Source: Actinomycetota bacterium
GTDB lineage: Bacteria > Actinomycetota > UBA4738
Direction of reading: 5' to 3'
Length of the DNA stretch: 32,479 bases
Assembly (NCBI GenBank): GCA_035623615.1
Contig: DASPTB010000132.1
Location: 1-32,479 of the forward strand
Shown here: one piece after another, positions 1-7,823 of the stretch
Numbering within the stretch: position 1 is the stretch's first letter
How the letters are laid out: each line of letters opens with the position of its first letter
Notes under the pieces: model-generated
Seen by the model: the letters and a program-made list of their open reading frames with translations, nothing else
Told to the model about the DNA's origin: nothing
Databases searched by the model: none
Program-made: the position numbers and the translations under genes

Positions 1-624
1 GCGATGCCGATCTGCATCGGCGGCGACCACTCGCTGCCGATCCCGATCGGCCAGGCGCTCTCCAACCATCTCGGGCCGGACAAGAAGTTCGGCTACATCC
101 ACTTCGACGCACACATCGACTGCCAGCCCGACGTCGACGGCGAGAAGTTCACCAACTGGTCGCACATGGCGCGGATGGTGGAGCTGCCGAACGCCGACCC
201 GAACAACATGGCGGTCGTGGGAGTGCGCGGCGCGACCAACCCGCCCGAGCAGTGGAAGTTCGTCGAGGAGAACGGAATCCACATGTACCGCATGCGCGAC
301 GTGGCGCGCGATGGCATCGAGGCCGTCGTGGCCGACGCGCTGGACAAGGTCACCGACGGCGTGGACGCGTTCTACGTCAGTTGGGACTCGGACGTCGTCG
401 ACGCGGCGTTCCTGCCGGGAACCGACGGGCCGGAGGTGGGCGGCCTGACTTCCCTCGAGATCCTGAAGGCCTGCGAGATGGTCGGCGCCCGCAAGCCCGC
501 CCTCATGGACATCGTCGAGCTGATTCCGGCCTACGATCAACCTGCGCTGATCTCCCACCGGCTGGCGTGCTACTTCATCTTCCACCTGCTGGGCGGTTGG
601 GCGATCGGGGGGAGTCCGACGTAA
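1..624 (+). CDS. Ureohydrolase (arginase/agmatinase/guanidino-acid hydrolase family), 5' end cut by window edge
   Basis: Frame is open to nt 1. Translated motifs GGDHS, HFDAHID, SWDSDVVD..LPGT and DIVELIP match the metal-ligand motifs of binuclear ureohydrolases. TAA stop at 622-624. Confidence 0.85.
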   Translation, partial: AMPICIGGDHSLPIPIGQALSNHLGPDKKFGYIHFDAHIDCQPDVDGEKFTNWSHMARMVELPNADPNNMAVVGVRGATNPPEQWKFVEENGIHMYRMRDVARDGIEAVVADALDKVTDGVDAFYVSWDSDVVDAAFLPGTDGPEVGGLTSLEILKACEMVGARKPALMDIVELIPAYDQPALISHRLACYFIFHLLGGWAIGGSPT

Positions 625-667
625 GCGGGCCGGCGCGAGCCTGGCCGGCCGAAGGGAGTGATCGGCC

Positions 668-2158
668 GTGAGCGTGACCGAGGTGCAGGCGCTGATCGGA
701 GGCCAGTTCCGTCCCTCCACGTCGGGGGAGGTCGACGCGATCCCCGACCCGGCCACTGGCGAGACCATCGCCACCCTGCCGTACTCGACCGATGAGGAGA
801 TCGACCAGGCGGTCGCGGCGGCGCGGGAGGCGGCGGCCGGCTGGGGCGAGACCCCGGCGCCCGACCGCGCACAGGTGCTGTTTCGCCTGAAGCAGTTGCT
901 GGACGAGCACTTCGAGGAACTCTCGCTGCTCGTCACCCGTGAGAACGGGAAGACGCTCCCCGAGGCGCGCGGCGAGGTCCGCCGCGGCATCGAGGTCGTC
1001 GACCTCGCGTGCGGCGCGCCGACGTTGCTGATGGGGTCGTCGCTCGACCAGATCGCGTCGGGCATCGACGAGGAAACGGTCCGGTTCCCGGTCGGGGTGG
1101 TCGCGGGAATCACCCCGTTCAACTTCCCGAACATGGTGCCCATGTGGATGATCCCGATGGCGCTCGCGTGCGGGAACGCCTTTGTGCTGAAGCCCTCGCA
1201 GCGGACGCCGCTGTCGGCGCAGCGGCTGGGCGAGCTGATCGTCGAGGCGGGGTTCCCGAGTGGCGTGTTCAACCTCGTGCACGGCGCGAAGCGCTCGGTC
1301 GACAAGCTGCTGACGCATCCCGGGGTCGACGCCGTGTCGTTCGTCGGGTCTGCCGGCGTGGCGGCGTACATCTACGCGACGGCGGCCGGCGCGGGCAAGC
1401 GCGTGCAGGCGCTCGGCGGTGCGAAGAATCACATGGTGGTCATGGACGACGCCGAGCTCGAACCATCGGTGACGGGCTTGATCTCGTCGGCGTTCGGCAA
1501 CGCCGGACAGCGATGCCTGGCGGGGAGCGTCGCGGTCGGCGTCGGAAAGGTCGGCGACGCGCTGGTCGGCGAGATCGTGGAGCAGGCCGAGCGACTGCGG
1601 CTCGGACCCGGGGACGACCCCGACACCGACATGGGCCCGGTGATTCGCGACGAGCGCCGCAAGGAGCTGATCGGGTACGTGGACGAGGGCGTCGAGGCCG
1701 GCGCGCGACTCGTCGCCGACGGCCGCGACGCCGCGAAGGACCACGGCTACTTTCTGGGGCCCACCGTCTTCGACAACGTCACGCCGGGCATGCGGTTGTG
1801 GCAGGAGGAGCTGTTCGGACCGGTGCTGTCGGTCGTGCGCGCGAGCGACCTCGACGACGCGCTGAAGATCGTGAACGCGAGCCCCTACGGCAACGCCGCC
1901 TCGATCTTCACGTCGTCGGGGGCGTCGGCGCGCGAGTTCCGCAGGCGCGCCGACGCCGGCATGATCGGCGTGAACATCGGCGTGCCCGCGCCGATGGCCT
2001 TCTTTCCGTTCGTCGGGTGGAAGCGCTCGTTCCTCGGCGACCTGCACGCGACCGGCGCCGACGGCGCGCGCTTCTACACCAAGCCGAAGGTGATCACGTC
2101 GCGCTGGTTCCTCCCGCCCAAGCTCGACCACTCGCTCCCCGAGGGACGGGGTCACTGA
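668..2158 (+). CDS. mmsA: CoA-acylating methylmalonate/malonate-semialdehyde dehydrogenase (ALDH superfamily)
   Basis: 496-aa ORF with a GTG start 9 nt after GGGAG. ITPFNFPNMVPMWM, VLKPSQRTP, GGAKNH and the catalytic-Cys context NAGQRCLA are typical of MmsA/IolA-type ALDHs. Confidence 0.85.
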   Translation: MSVTEVQALIGGQFRPSTSGEVDAIPDPATGETIATLPYSTDEEIDQAVAAAREAAAGWGETPAPDRAQVLFRLKQLLDEHFEELSLLVTRENGKTLPEARGEVRRGIEVVDLACGAPTLLMGSSLDQIASGIDEETVRFPVGVVAGITPFNFPNMVPMWMIPMALACGNAFVLKPSQRTPLSAQRLGELIVEAGFPSGVFNLVHGAKRSVDKLLTHPGVDAVSFVGSAGVAAYIYATAAGAGKRVQALGGAKNHMVVMDDAELEPSVTGLISSAFGNAGQRCLAGSVAVGVGKVGDALVGEIVEQAERLRLGPGDDPDTDMGPVIRDERRKELIGYVDEGVEAGARLVADGRDAAKDHGYFLGPTVFDNVTPGMRLWQEELFGPVLSVVRASDLDDALKIVNASPYGNAASIFTSSGASAREFRRRADAGMIGVNIGVPAPMAFFPFVGWKRSFLGDLHATGADGARFYTKPKVITSRWFLPPKLDHSLPEGRGH

Positions 2159-2160
2159 GG

Positions 2161-2952
2161 GTGCCGCACTTCTCGGCGAACCTGTCCTGGCTCTTCGACG
2201 ACGTGCCGTTCCCCGAGCGGTTCGCCCGGGCGGCCGCTGCGGGGTTCGACGCCGTCGAGTTCCTGTTCCCCTACGACCACGACCCCGCGGACCTCCGGCG
2301 CCTGCTGGACGACAACGGGCTGCGGCAGGACCTGTTCAACCTGCCGGCCGGCGACTGGGAACGGGGCGAGCGCGGCATCGCGGTCGATCCGGCGCGTCGT
2401 GACGAGTTCGCCGACGGCGTCGAGCGGGCTCTGCGGTACGCCGACGCGCTGGGGTGCCGGAAGCTCAACTGCATCGTCGGGTTGCGACTCGCCGACCTGG
2501 ACCGGGGCGATCAGTACACGTGCATGCTGCAGAACCTCGGGGCAGCCGCGGCGCGACTTGGTGAGAGCGGGATCACATTGCTGACGGAGCTGCTCAACCC
2601 CATCGAGACGCCGGGGTTCTTCCTCGACTCCATGGACGTCGTCCGGCAGCTGCTGGACGACGTCGGGCCGGGGCTATCGTTCCAGTGCGACGTGTACCAC
2701 CTGCAGCGGACACAGGGAAACCTGGTACCCACGATCCGGTCGGTGGCCGGTCGCATCGGACACGTGCAGATCGCCGACGCGCCCGACCGCCACGAGCCGG
2801 GCACAGGCGAGATCGACTACAGGTACGTGCTGGGCGAGCTCGCGGCGGCCGGGTACGACGGTTCCATCGGATTGGAGTACCGGCCGCGTGGCCGCACGGA
2901 GGATTCGCTCGGCTGGATCGCCGAGTACGGCTTTCAGCTTTCGAGGAGGTAA
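2161..2952 (+). CDS. hyi: Hydroxypyruvate isomerase
   Basis: GTG start 2 nt after the mmsA stop, in frame with the C-terminal part of ORF 1009..2952. FSANLSWLF, GFDAVEFLFPYD, NLPAGDWERGERGIA, CDVYHLQ and HVQIADAPDRHEPGTGEIDY closely parallel E. coli Hyi as I recall it. Confidence 0.88.
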   Translation: MPHFSANLSWLFDDVPFPERFARAAAAGFDAVEFLFPYDHDPADLRRLLDDNGLRQDLFNLPAGDWERGERGIAVDPARRDEFADGVERALRYADALGCRKLNCIVGLRLADLDRGDQYTCMLQNLGAAAARLGESGITLLTELLNPIETPGFFLDSMDVVRQLLDDVGPGLSFQCDVYHLQRTQGNLVPTIRSVAGRIGHVQIADAPDRHEPGTGEIDYRYVLGELAAAGYDGSIGLEYRPRGRTEDSLGWIAEYGFQLSRR

Positions 2953-2957
2953 CCACC

Positions 2958-3851
2958 GTGGCTGACGAAACCGTCGGGTTCATCGGGCTCGGGATCATGG
3001 GGAAGCCCATGGCCCTGAACCTCGCTGCCGCAGGGTTCGACCTCGTCGTGCACTCGCGTTCGCCGGGGCCGGTCGACGAGCTCGTGCAGGCCGGCGCTCG
3101 GCGCGCGGCCTCGCCCGCGCAGGTGGCCGCCGTGTGCGACACGCTGATCACCATGCTGCCCGACACGCCCGACGTGCAGCACGTGCTCTTCGACGAACCC
3201 GACGGAGCCGCGGCGGCGCTTCGGCCGGGATCGCTCGTGGTCGACATGAGCACCATCAGCCCGATCGCGTCGCGCGAGTTCGGCGACCAGCTCCGCGCGC
3301 GAGCGGTCGGGTTCGTGGACGCGCCCGTCTCCGGCGGAGAGCGCGGCGCCATCGACGCGACGCTCTCCATCATGATCGGCGGCTCCGCCGGCGACGTCGC
3401 CCGCGCCATGCCGTTGTTCGAAGCGATGGGGAAGACCATCGTGCACGTCGGCGACGGCGGCGCCGGGCAGGTCGCAAAGGCGTGCAACCAGCTGGTCGTC
3501 GCCTCGACGATCGAGGCCGTCGCCGAGGCACTCGCCCTCGCCGCGCGGGCGGGCGTCGACCCGGCCCGCGTCCGCGAGGCGCTTCTCGGCGGGTTCGCAG
3601 GGAGCAAGATCATGGAGATCCACGGTCAGCGCATGCTCGACGAGAACTTCCAGCCGGGGTTCCGTGCGCGCCTGCACCTCAAGGACGCCCGCATCGTGCT
3701 GGACACGGCCCGCGGCGTCGGTTCACCCACACCGGGGTTCGAACCGGTGGCCGCTGCGCTGACGACGCTCGTCGAGGGCGGCGGCGGCGAGCTGGATCAC
3801 GCGGCGCTGTTCACTCTGTTGAAGGATGGGAAGGGCAACGGGGACGCGTGA
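2958..3851 (+). CDS. glxR: 2-hydroxy-3-oxopropionate (tartronate semialdehyde) reductase, beta-hydroxyacid dehydrogenase family
   Basis: GTG start 7 nt after GAGGAGG. GFIGLGIMGKPMA Rossmann motif, DAPVSGGE, GAGQVAKACNQ and GGFAGSKIMEIHGQRM..FQPGF..LHLKD parallel GlxR/GarR. Position directly after hyi matches gcl-hyi-glxR modules. MmsB-type 3-hydroxyisobutyrate DH cannot be excluded. Confidence 0.75.
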   Translation: MADETVGFIGLGIMGKPMALNLAAAGFDLVVHSRSPGPVDELVQAGARRAASPAQVAAVCDTLITMLPDTPDVQHVLFDEPDGAAAALRPGSLVVDMSTISPIASREFGDQLRARAVGFVDAPVSGGERGAIDATLSIMIGGSAGDVARAMPLFEAMGKTIVHVGDGGAGQVAKACNQLVVASTIEAVAEALALAARAGVDPARVREALLGGFAGSKIMEIHGQRMLDENFQPGFRARLHLKDARIVLDTARGVGSPTPGFEPVAAALTTLVEGGGGELDHAALFTLLKDGKGNGDA

Positions 3852-3876
3852 GCCCGCGCCGCGATCGGAGCGACCC

Positions 3877-4893
3877 ATGGACCTGAGCCTCTACACCGAC
3901 TTCCGTCCCGCGCCGGGCACGCCCTTCCGCCAGCACTACGAGCAGGTGATCGACGAGCTGCGGCTCGCCGACGGGCTCGGGTTCCACGGCGTGTGGACGA
4001 CCGAGCAGCACGGCGTGGACGACGGCTACCTGCCGGCGCAGCTCCCGGCGCTCGCCGCGGTCGCGCGCGAGACGACGCGGCTGCGGCTGGGGACGGGCGT
4101 GATCCTGCTGCCGCTGACGCATCCACGCCGCGTGGTCGAGGAGGCGTGCGTCGTCGACGTTCTCTCCGGCGGACGGCTGACGCTCGGCGTCGCGGCCGGC
4201 AACTACGCGAACGAGTTCCGCATCTACGGCGTCCCGCGCGAGCAGCGCGGGAGGATCCTCGAGAAGGGGATCCTGTTCATGAAGCCCGGGCTCGACGGCA
4301 GCCCGCTCCCCGACGGCTTCCCGGTGAACGTGCCGCCGGTGCAGCGCCCGATCCCGCTGGTCGTCGGAGGCCTGGCCGAGCCGGCGATCGATCGGGCGGT
4401 GCGCCTGGCCGACGGGCATTTCGCGTACTCGTTCACGGATCCGGTCGACGAGCTCGGCGAGATGTGGGAGCGGCGGCTCGGCCCGGCGCTGGAGCGGCAC
4501 GGCCGGGACCGCGCGAGCTTTCGGCTGGTCGCGGCCGTCGTCCTGTGGGTCGGCGACGACTCCGACCGCGAATGGCGCGAGATCGTCGGCCCGGCGTTCC
4601 TGTACCAGCAGCGGAAGTACGCGGAGTGGGACGCGGGCGAGGACCGCGCCGAGGGCTACCTGTCGGAGTCGCCCGACGACACCGATCTCGTCAAGCTCAT
4701 GCCGCGGATGCTCGTGGGCGAGAGCCCGGAAGAGGTGATCGACCGCCTGCGCGAGCTTCGGGCCCGCATTCCGCTCGACGAGCTGGTCTTCTGGGCGCGG
4801 CTCCCCGGCGTCCCCCACGAGCTCGCACGGGAGCACCTGGAGCGCCTGGCCGAGACGGTGCTCCCCGCCATGCGCGATCCGGAGGCGCCGTGA
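3877..4893 (+). CDS. Luciferase-like (LLM class) flavin/F420-dependent oxidoreductase
   Basis: ATG start 6 nt after GGAG. GFHGVWTTEQHG, LRLGTGVILLP and LSGGRLTLGVAAG are typical LLM TIM-barrel strings. Confidence 0.8.
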   Translation: MDLSLYTDFRPAPGTPFRQHYEQVIDELRLADGLGFHGVWTTEQHGVDDGYLPAQLPALAAVARETTRLRLGTGVILLPLTHPRRVVEEACVVDVLSGGRLTLGVAAGNYANEFRIYGVPREQRGRILEKGILFMKPGLDGSPLPDGFPVNVPPVQRPIPLVVGGLAEPAIDRAVRLADGHFAYSFTDPVDELGEMWERRLGPALERHGRDRASFRLVAAVVLWVGDDSDREWREIVGPAFLYQQRKYAEWDAGEDRAEGYLSESPDDTDLVKLMPRMLVGESPEEVIDRLRELRARIPLDELVFWARLPGVPHELAREHLERLAETVLPAMRDPEAP

Positions 4894-4904
4894 ATCGCCG
4901 GCGC

Positions 4905-5489
4905 TCAGGCGGAAAGGATCTCGACCCCGAGGTCGGTGACCGCGCCCCCGTTGGTCGGGTTCAGGTCCTGCGGGCACGCCGACAGCGCCACGACGCAGTC
5001 CTCCAGCAGCCGGACGTCCAGGTGGTCGCCGGCTGTCGAGGGCGACTCGAGGATCGCGACCTCGCCCGACGGCGCGACGTCCATGGCCATGAAGACGTTC
5101 ATCGGATCGGGGATCCCGGGCTCCTCGATGCCGTGCGGCGCGAGCGCCTCGACGAGGTTGGCGAGGCAGCTCCGGTGTCCCTCCACGCCGAAGCGGAGCG
5201 GGTAGTCGTACCACGAGCACGCCGAGGCCATCAGGTCGTGGCGGCCCACCGTGTCCTCCTCCAGCGTCGCGATCCGATCGAAGTGCGAGGTCCAGAGCGT
5301 CGCGCCGGTCGTGACGAAGATGTTCGCGTTCATCTTCCGCGTGTTGGCGGCGGAGAACCGATTGGTGTGGTCGTCCGCACGGAACAGCACGAGGTCGCCC
5401 ACCTGTTGCCCCGCGATGTCGGTGATCCGCAGCAGCGATCCCGCCGGCGCCGTTCCCGCCCAGCCGGTGCCCCCCGCAACGACGGTCAT
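4905..5489 (-). CDS. DUF1989 protein (urea-carboxylase-associated / carboxyguanidine-deiminase family)
   Basis: Protein-like C-terminal 194 aa of ORF 4905..5948. Starts at the ATG of MTVVAGG. ITDIAGQQVGDLVLF, GRHDLMASACS and VALSACPQDLNP match DUF1989 hallmarks as I recall them. Confidence 0.7.
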   Translation of the reverse strand: MTVVAGGTGWAGTAPAGSLLRITDIAGQQVGDLVLFRADDHTNRFSAANTRKMNANIFVTTGATLWTSHFDRIATLEEDTVGRHDLMASACSWYDYPLRFGVEGHRSCLANLVEALAPHGIEEPGIPDPMNVFMAMDVAPSGEVAILESPSTAGDHLDVRLLEDCVVALSACPQDLNPTNGGAVTDLGVEILSA

Positions 5490-5560
5490 GGAACCGATCG
5501 CACTCACCCCCCGTGTCGACGTCGCGGCGAACGCTATCACCGTGTGGGAAGGAGCGGCCC

Positions 5561-6331
5561 GTGAGCTTCGAGGGGAGGTCGGTACTCGTGACGGGCGGAT
5601 CGCGCGGCATCGGCCTTGCCACCGCGCGGCGATTCCTCGACCTCGGCGCGAACGTGACGATCGGTGGGCGCGACGACGCGCGGCTCGCGCGCGCCGCGAC
5701 CGACCTCGACGGTGGCGCACGTATAGCGACGGTCGCAGCCGACGTGTCGACGGTCGAGGGATGCCGCGCCACGGTGACGGCCGCGGTCGTGGCGTTCGGC
5801 GGTGTCGACGTCCTCGTGACGAACGCCGGCGGCTACGAGAGCGCTCCGGCCGAACAGGTGACCGAGGAGCAGTGGGACCGGATGATCGACGCCCACCTGA
5901 AGGGAACGTTCTTCTGCATCCAGTCGGCGCTGCCGTCGCTGCGCGCATCGCACGGATGCGTCGTCGCGATGGTGTCCGACGCCGGGCTCGCGGGGCTGCC
6001 CGGCGGGTGGGCCGCGTACTGCGCCGCCAAGGGCGGCATCGTGAACCTGATCCGTCAGCTCGCGACGGATCTGGCGCCAGACATCAGACTCAACTGCGTG
6101 GCGCCCGGACCGGTCGGGACCAAGCACGTCTTCGAGGAGCTCGCCGCCGGCCGCTACGGCGGCGTGGCACCCGGCGACGATCCCCAGAAAGCCCTCGCCG
6201 AAACCGTCCCCCTCAAGCGGCTGATCACGCCGGAAGAGGTGGCCGACGCGGTCGTGTACGTCGCCGGCGCCGAATCGATGACGGGCTCGGTGCTCGGTCT
6301 CGACGGCGGCTCGACCGCGGGCCTCCCCTAG
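5561..6331 (+). CDS. Short-chain dehydrogenase/reductase (SDR)
   Basis: GTG start 6 nt after GGAAGGAG. TGGSRGIG cofactor motif, NAGG and catalytic YCAAK. Confidence 0.85.
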   Translation: MSFEGRSVLVTGGSRGIGLATARRFLDLGANVTIGGRDDARLARAATDLDGGARIATVAADVSTVEGCRATVTAAVVAFGGVDVLVTNAGGYESAPAEQVTEEQWDRMIDAHLKGTFFCIQSALPSLRASHGCVVAMVSDAGLAGLPGGWAAYCAAKGGIVNLIRQLATDLAPDIRLNCVAPGPVGTKHVFEELAAGRYGGVAPGDDPQKALAETVPLKRLITPEEVADAVVYVAGAESMTGSVLGLDGGSTAGLP

Positions 6332-6837
6332 TTCTCGCGGGAAGAAGCGGCGTTCTCGACGTCTTTCAAGACGATGCGGCCGCCGGGACCGGAGCCGCGG
6401 ACCGTCGCGAGGTCGATACCGAGCTCGGCCGCGCGCTTGCGGGCGACGGGCGACACGCGCTCGCGGCCCGATGCCCCCTTGGGCTCGTCGACGGACGCGG
6501 CGGGCGAACGGGTGATCGGCGCGGCGACCGACGAGTCGTCCGCTGCCGCGAGTTCACCTCCCTCTCCGTGCAGCGCGCCTGCGAGGTCGTCGCCGGGATC
6601 GCCGGGATCGCCGATCACGGCGATCCCGGCGCCCACGGGAACGAGCGTGTCCGCCTCAGTCCTGCGCAGCAGGGTTCCCGAACCAGGCGCTTCCACCTCG
6701 GTGGTGATCTTGTCGGTCTCCACCTCGCAGATCGGCTGCCCCTCCCGTACCTCCTCGCCGACCTCCACCAGCCACCGCGCGACGGTCCCCTCGGTCATGG
6801 TGAGCCCGAGCTTCGGCATCACGAGGACGACGGCCAC
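6328..6837 (-). CDS. Lipoyl-domain plus E3-binding-domain protein (E2 lacking the acyltransferase core)
   Basis: 169 aa with a GTG start. Lipoyl-lysine motif CEVETDKITTEVEAP, a flexible G/D/P/A linker, then the peripheral-subunit-binding string SPVARKRAAELGIDLATVRGSGPGGRIVLKDV followed by a stop. No DHRxxDG core. Confidence 0.8.
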   Translation of the reverse strand: MAVVLVMPKLGLTMTEGTVARWLVEVGEEVREGQPICEVETDKITTEVEAPGSGTLLRRTEADTLVPVGAGIAVIGDPGDPGDDLAGALHGEGGELAAADDSSVAAPITRSPAASVDEPKGASGRERVSPVARKRAAELGIDLATVRGSGPGGRIVLKDVENAASSREN

Positions 6838-6854
6838 TCAGCGTTTCCCGCAGC

Positions 6855-7823
6855 TCATGCCATCGCCCGCACCGCGGCGGCGACGCGCTCGGCCGTCGGC
6901 AGTACGTACTCCTCGAGCGGCGGGCTGAAGGGCACCGGAACGTCGAGGCTGCCGACCCTTCCCACGGGGGCGTCGAGCTGATCGAAGGCACGCTCGGCGA
7001 TCGTTGCGGCGATCTCCGCACCGAACCCGCCGTGCCGGTAGGCCTGATGAACGACCAGCGCGCGGTTGGTGCGCGACACCGACGCCAGCACGGCATCCGC
7101 GTCCCACGGCCGAAGGGTGAGCAGGTCGATCACGTCGGCGCCGACCCCCTCGCCGTGCAGGACATCGGCGGCCTCGAGGACGCGCGGCACCATCGCGCCC
7201 CATGTCACGATGGTCACGTCGTCCCCGCGCCGCTTCAGGTCCGCCGTGCCGAGCCGGTACGGCGGCGGCGCGTCGGGGACCTCGTCCTGCCGCTCGTACA
7301 GCGACAGGGACTCGATCACCAGGACGGGGTTCTCGTCGGCGACGGCCGCGAGCAGAAGCCCCCTCGCGTCGGCCGGCGTTCCCCCGGTCACGACTTTGAT
7401 GCCGGGGATGTGCGTGAACCACGCCTCGAGCGACTGCGAGTGTTGCGCGGCGGCCGAAAGCCATCCGCCCGTCCCGGCCCGGATCACGAGCGGTGCGCTC
7501 GCCTTGCCGCCCGACATGTACCGCACCTTCGCGGCCTGGTTCACGACCTGGTCCATCGCGCACGCGATGAAGTCCATGTGCATGATCTCCGCGACGGGCC
7601 GCATGCCGGCGAGCGAGGCTCCGACCGAGTAGCCGACGATCGCCGCCTCCGAGATCGGCGTGTCGCGCACGCGAGACGGGCCGAAGCGGTCGAGCAGTCC
7701 CACCGTCGCGCCGTACGCGCCGCCGTGCGCGACGTCCTCGCCGAGGACGAACACGCGGTCGTCCGCCTCCATCGCCTCGGCGAGCGCCAGCGAGACCGCG
7801 CGCGCGTACGAGAGCCTGGTCAC
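6855..7823 (-). CDS. 2-oxoacid (pyruvate/acetoin-type) dehydrogenase E1 component, beta subunit
   Basis: 322 aa. GTG start overlaps the E1alpha stop (GTGA, 7820-7823). LSYARAVSLALAEAMEADDRVFVLGEDV and RVRDTPISEAAIVG are typical of E1beta. Confidence 0.88.
   Translation of the reverse strand: MTRLSYARAVSLALAEAMEADDRVFVLGEDVAHGGAYGATVGLLDRFGPSRVRDTPISEAAIVGYSVGASLAGMRPVAEIMHMDFIACAMDQVVNQAAKVRYMSGGKASAPLVIRAGTGGWLSAAAQHSQSLEAWFTHIPGIKVVTGGTPADARGLLLAAVADENPVLVIESLSLYERQDEVPDAPPPYRLGTADLKRRGDDVTIVTWGAMVPRVLEAADVLHGEGVGADVIDLLTLRPWDADAVLASVSRTNRALVVHQAYRHGGFGAEIAATIAERAFDQLDAPVGRVGSLDVPVPFSPPLEEYVLPTAERVAAAVRAMA

Noticed and set aside
575-2155. 526-aa minus-strand ORF antisense to mmsA
   Set aside because: Arg/His/Asp/Gly-rich low-information translation, typical of an open antisense frame in high-GC DNA. 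The plus-strand frame has unambiguous ALDH motifs.
1009-2160. N-terminal 384 codons of ORF 1009..2952
   Set aside because: This is an out-of-frame overlap with mmsA and is Arg/Gly-rich. Hyi homology begins exactly at the GTG at 2161.
3736-3745. GGTTCGAACC, a tRNA T-loop-like palindrome
   Set aside because: It lies inside the glxR coding frame and has no acceptor, D or anticodon arms around it.
3811-5772. 653-aa minus-strand ORF spanning three loci
   Set aside because: It overlaps the LLM, DUF1989 and SDR regions in frames with no family motifs. Only the separate 4905..5489 frame is protein-like.
5561-6327. Possible degraded E2 acyltransferase core downstream of the lipoyl/E3-binding ORF
   Set aside because: The minus-strand frames here (for example 5537..6127) show no DHRxxDG or E2-like strings. 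The plus strand encodes an intact SDR.
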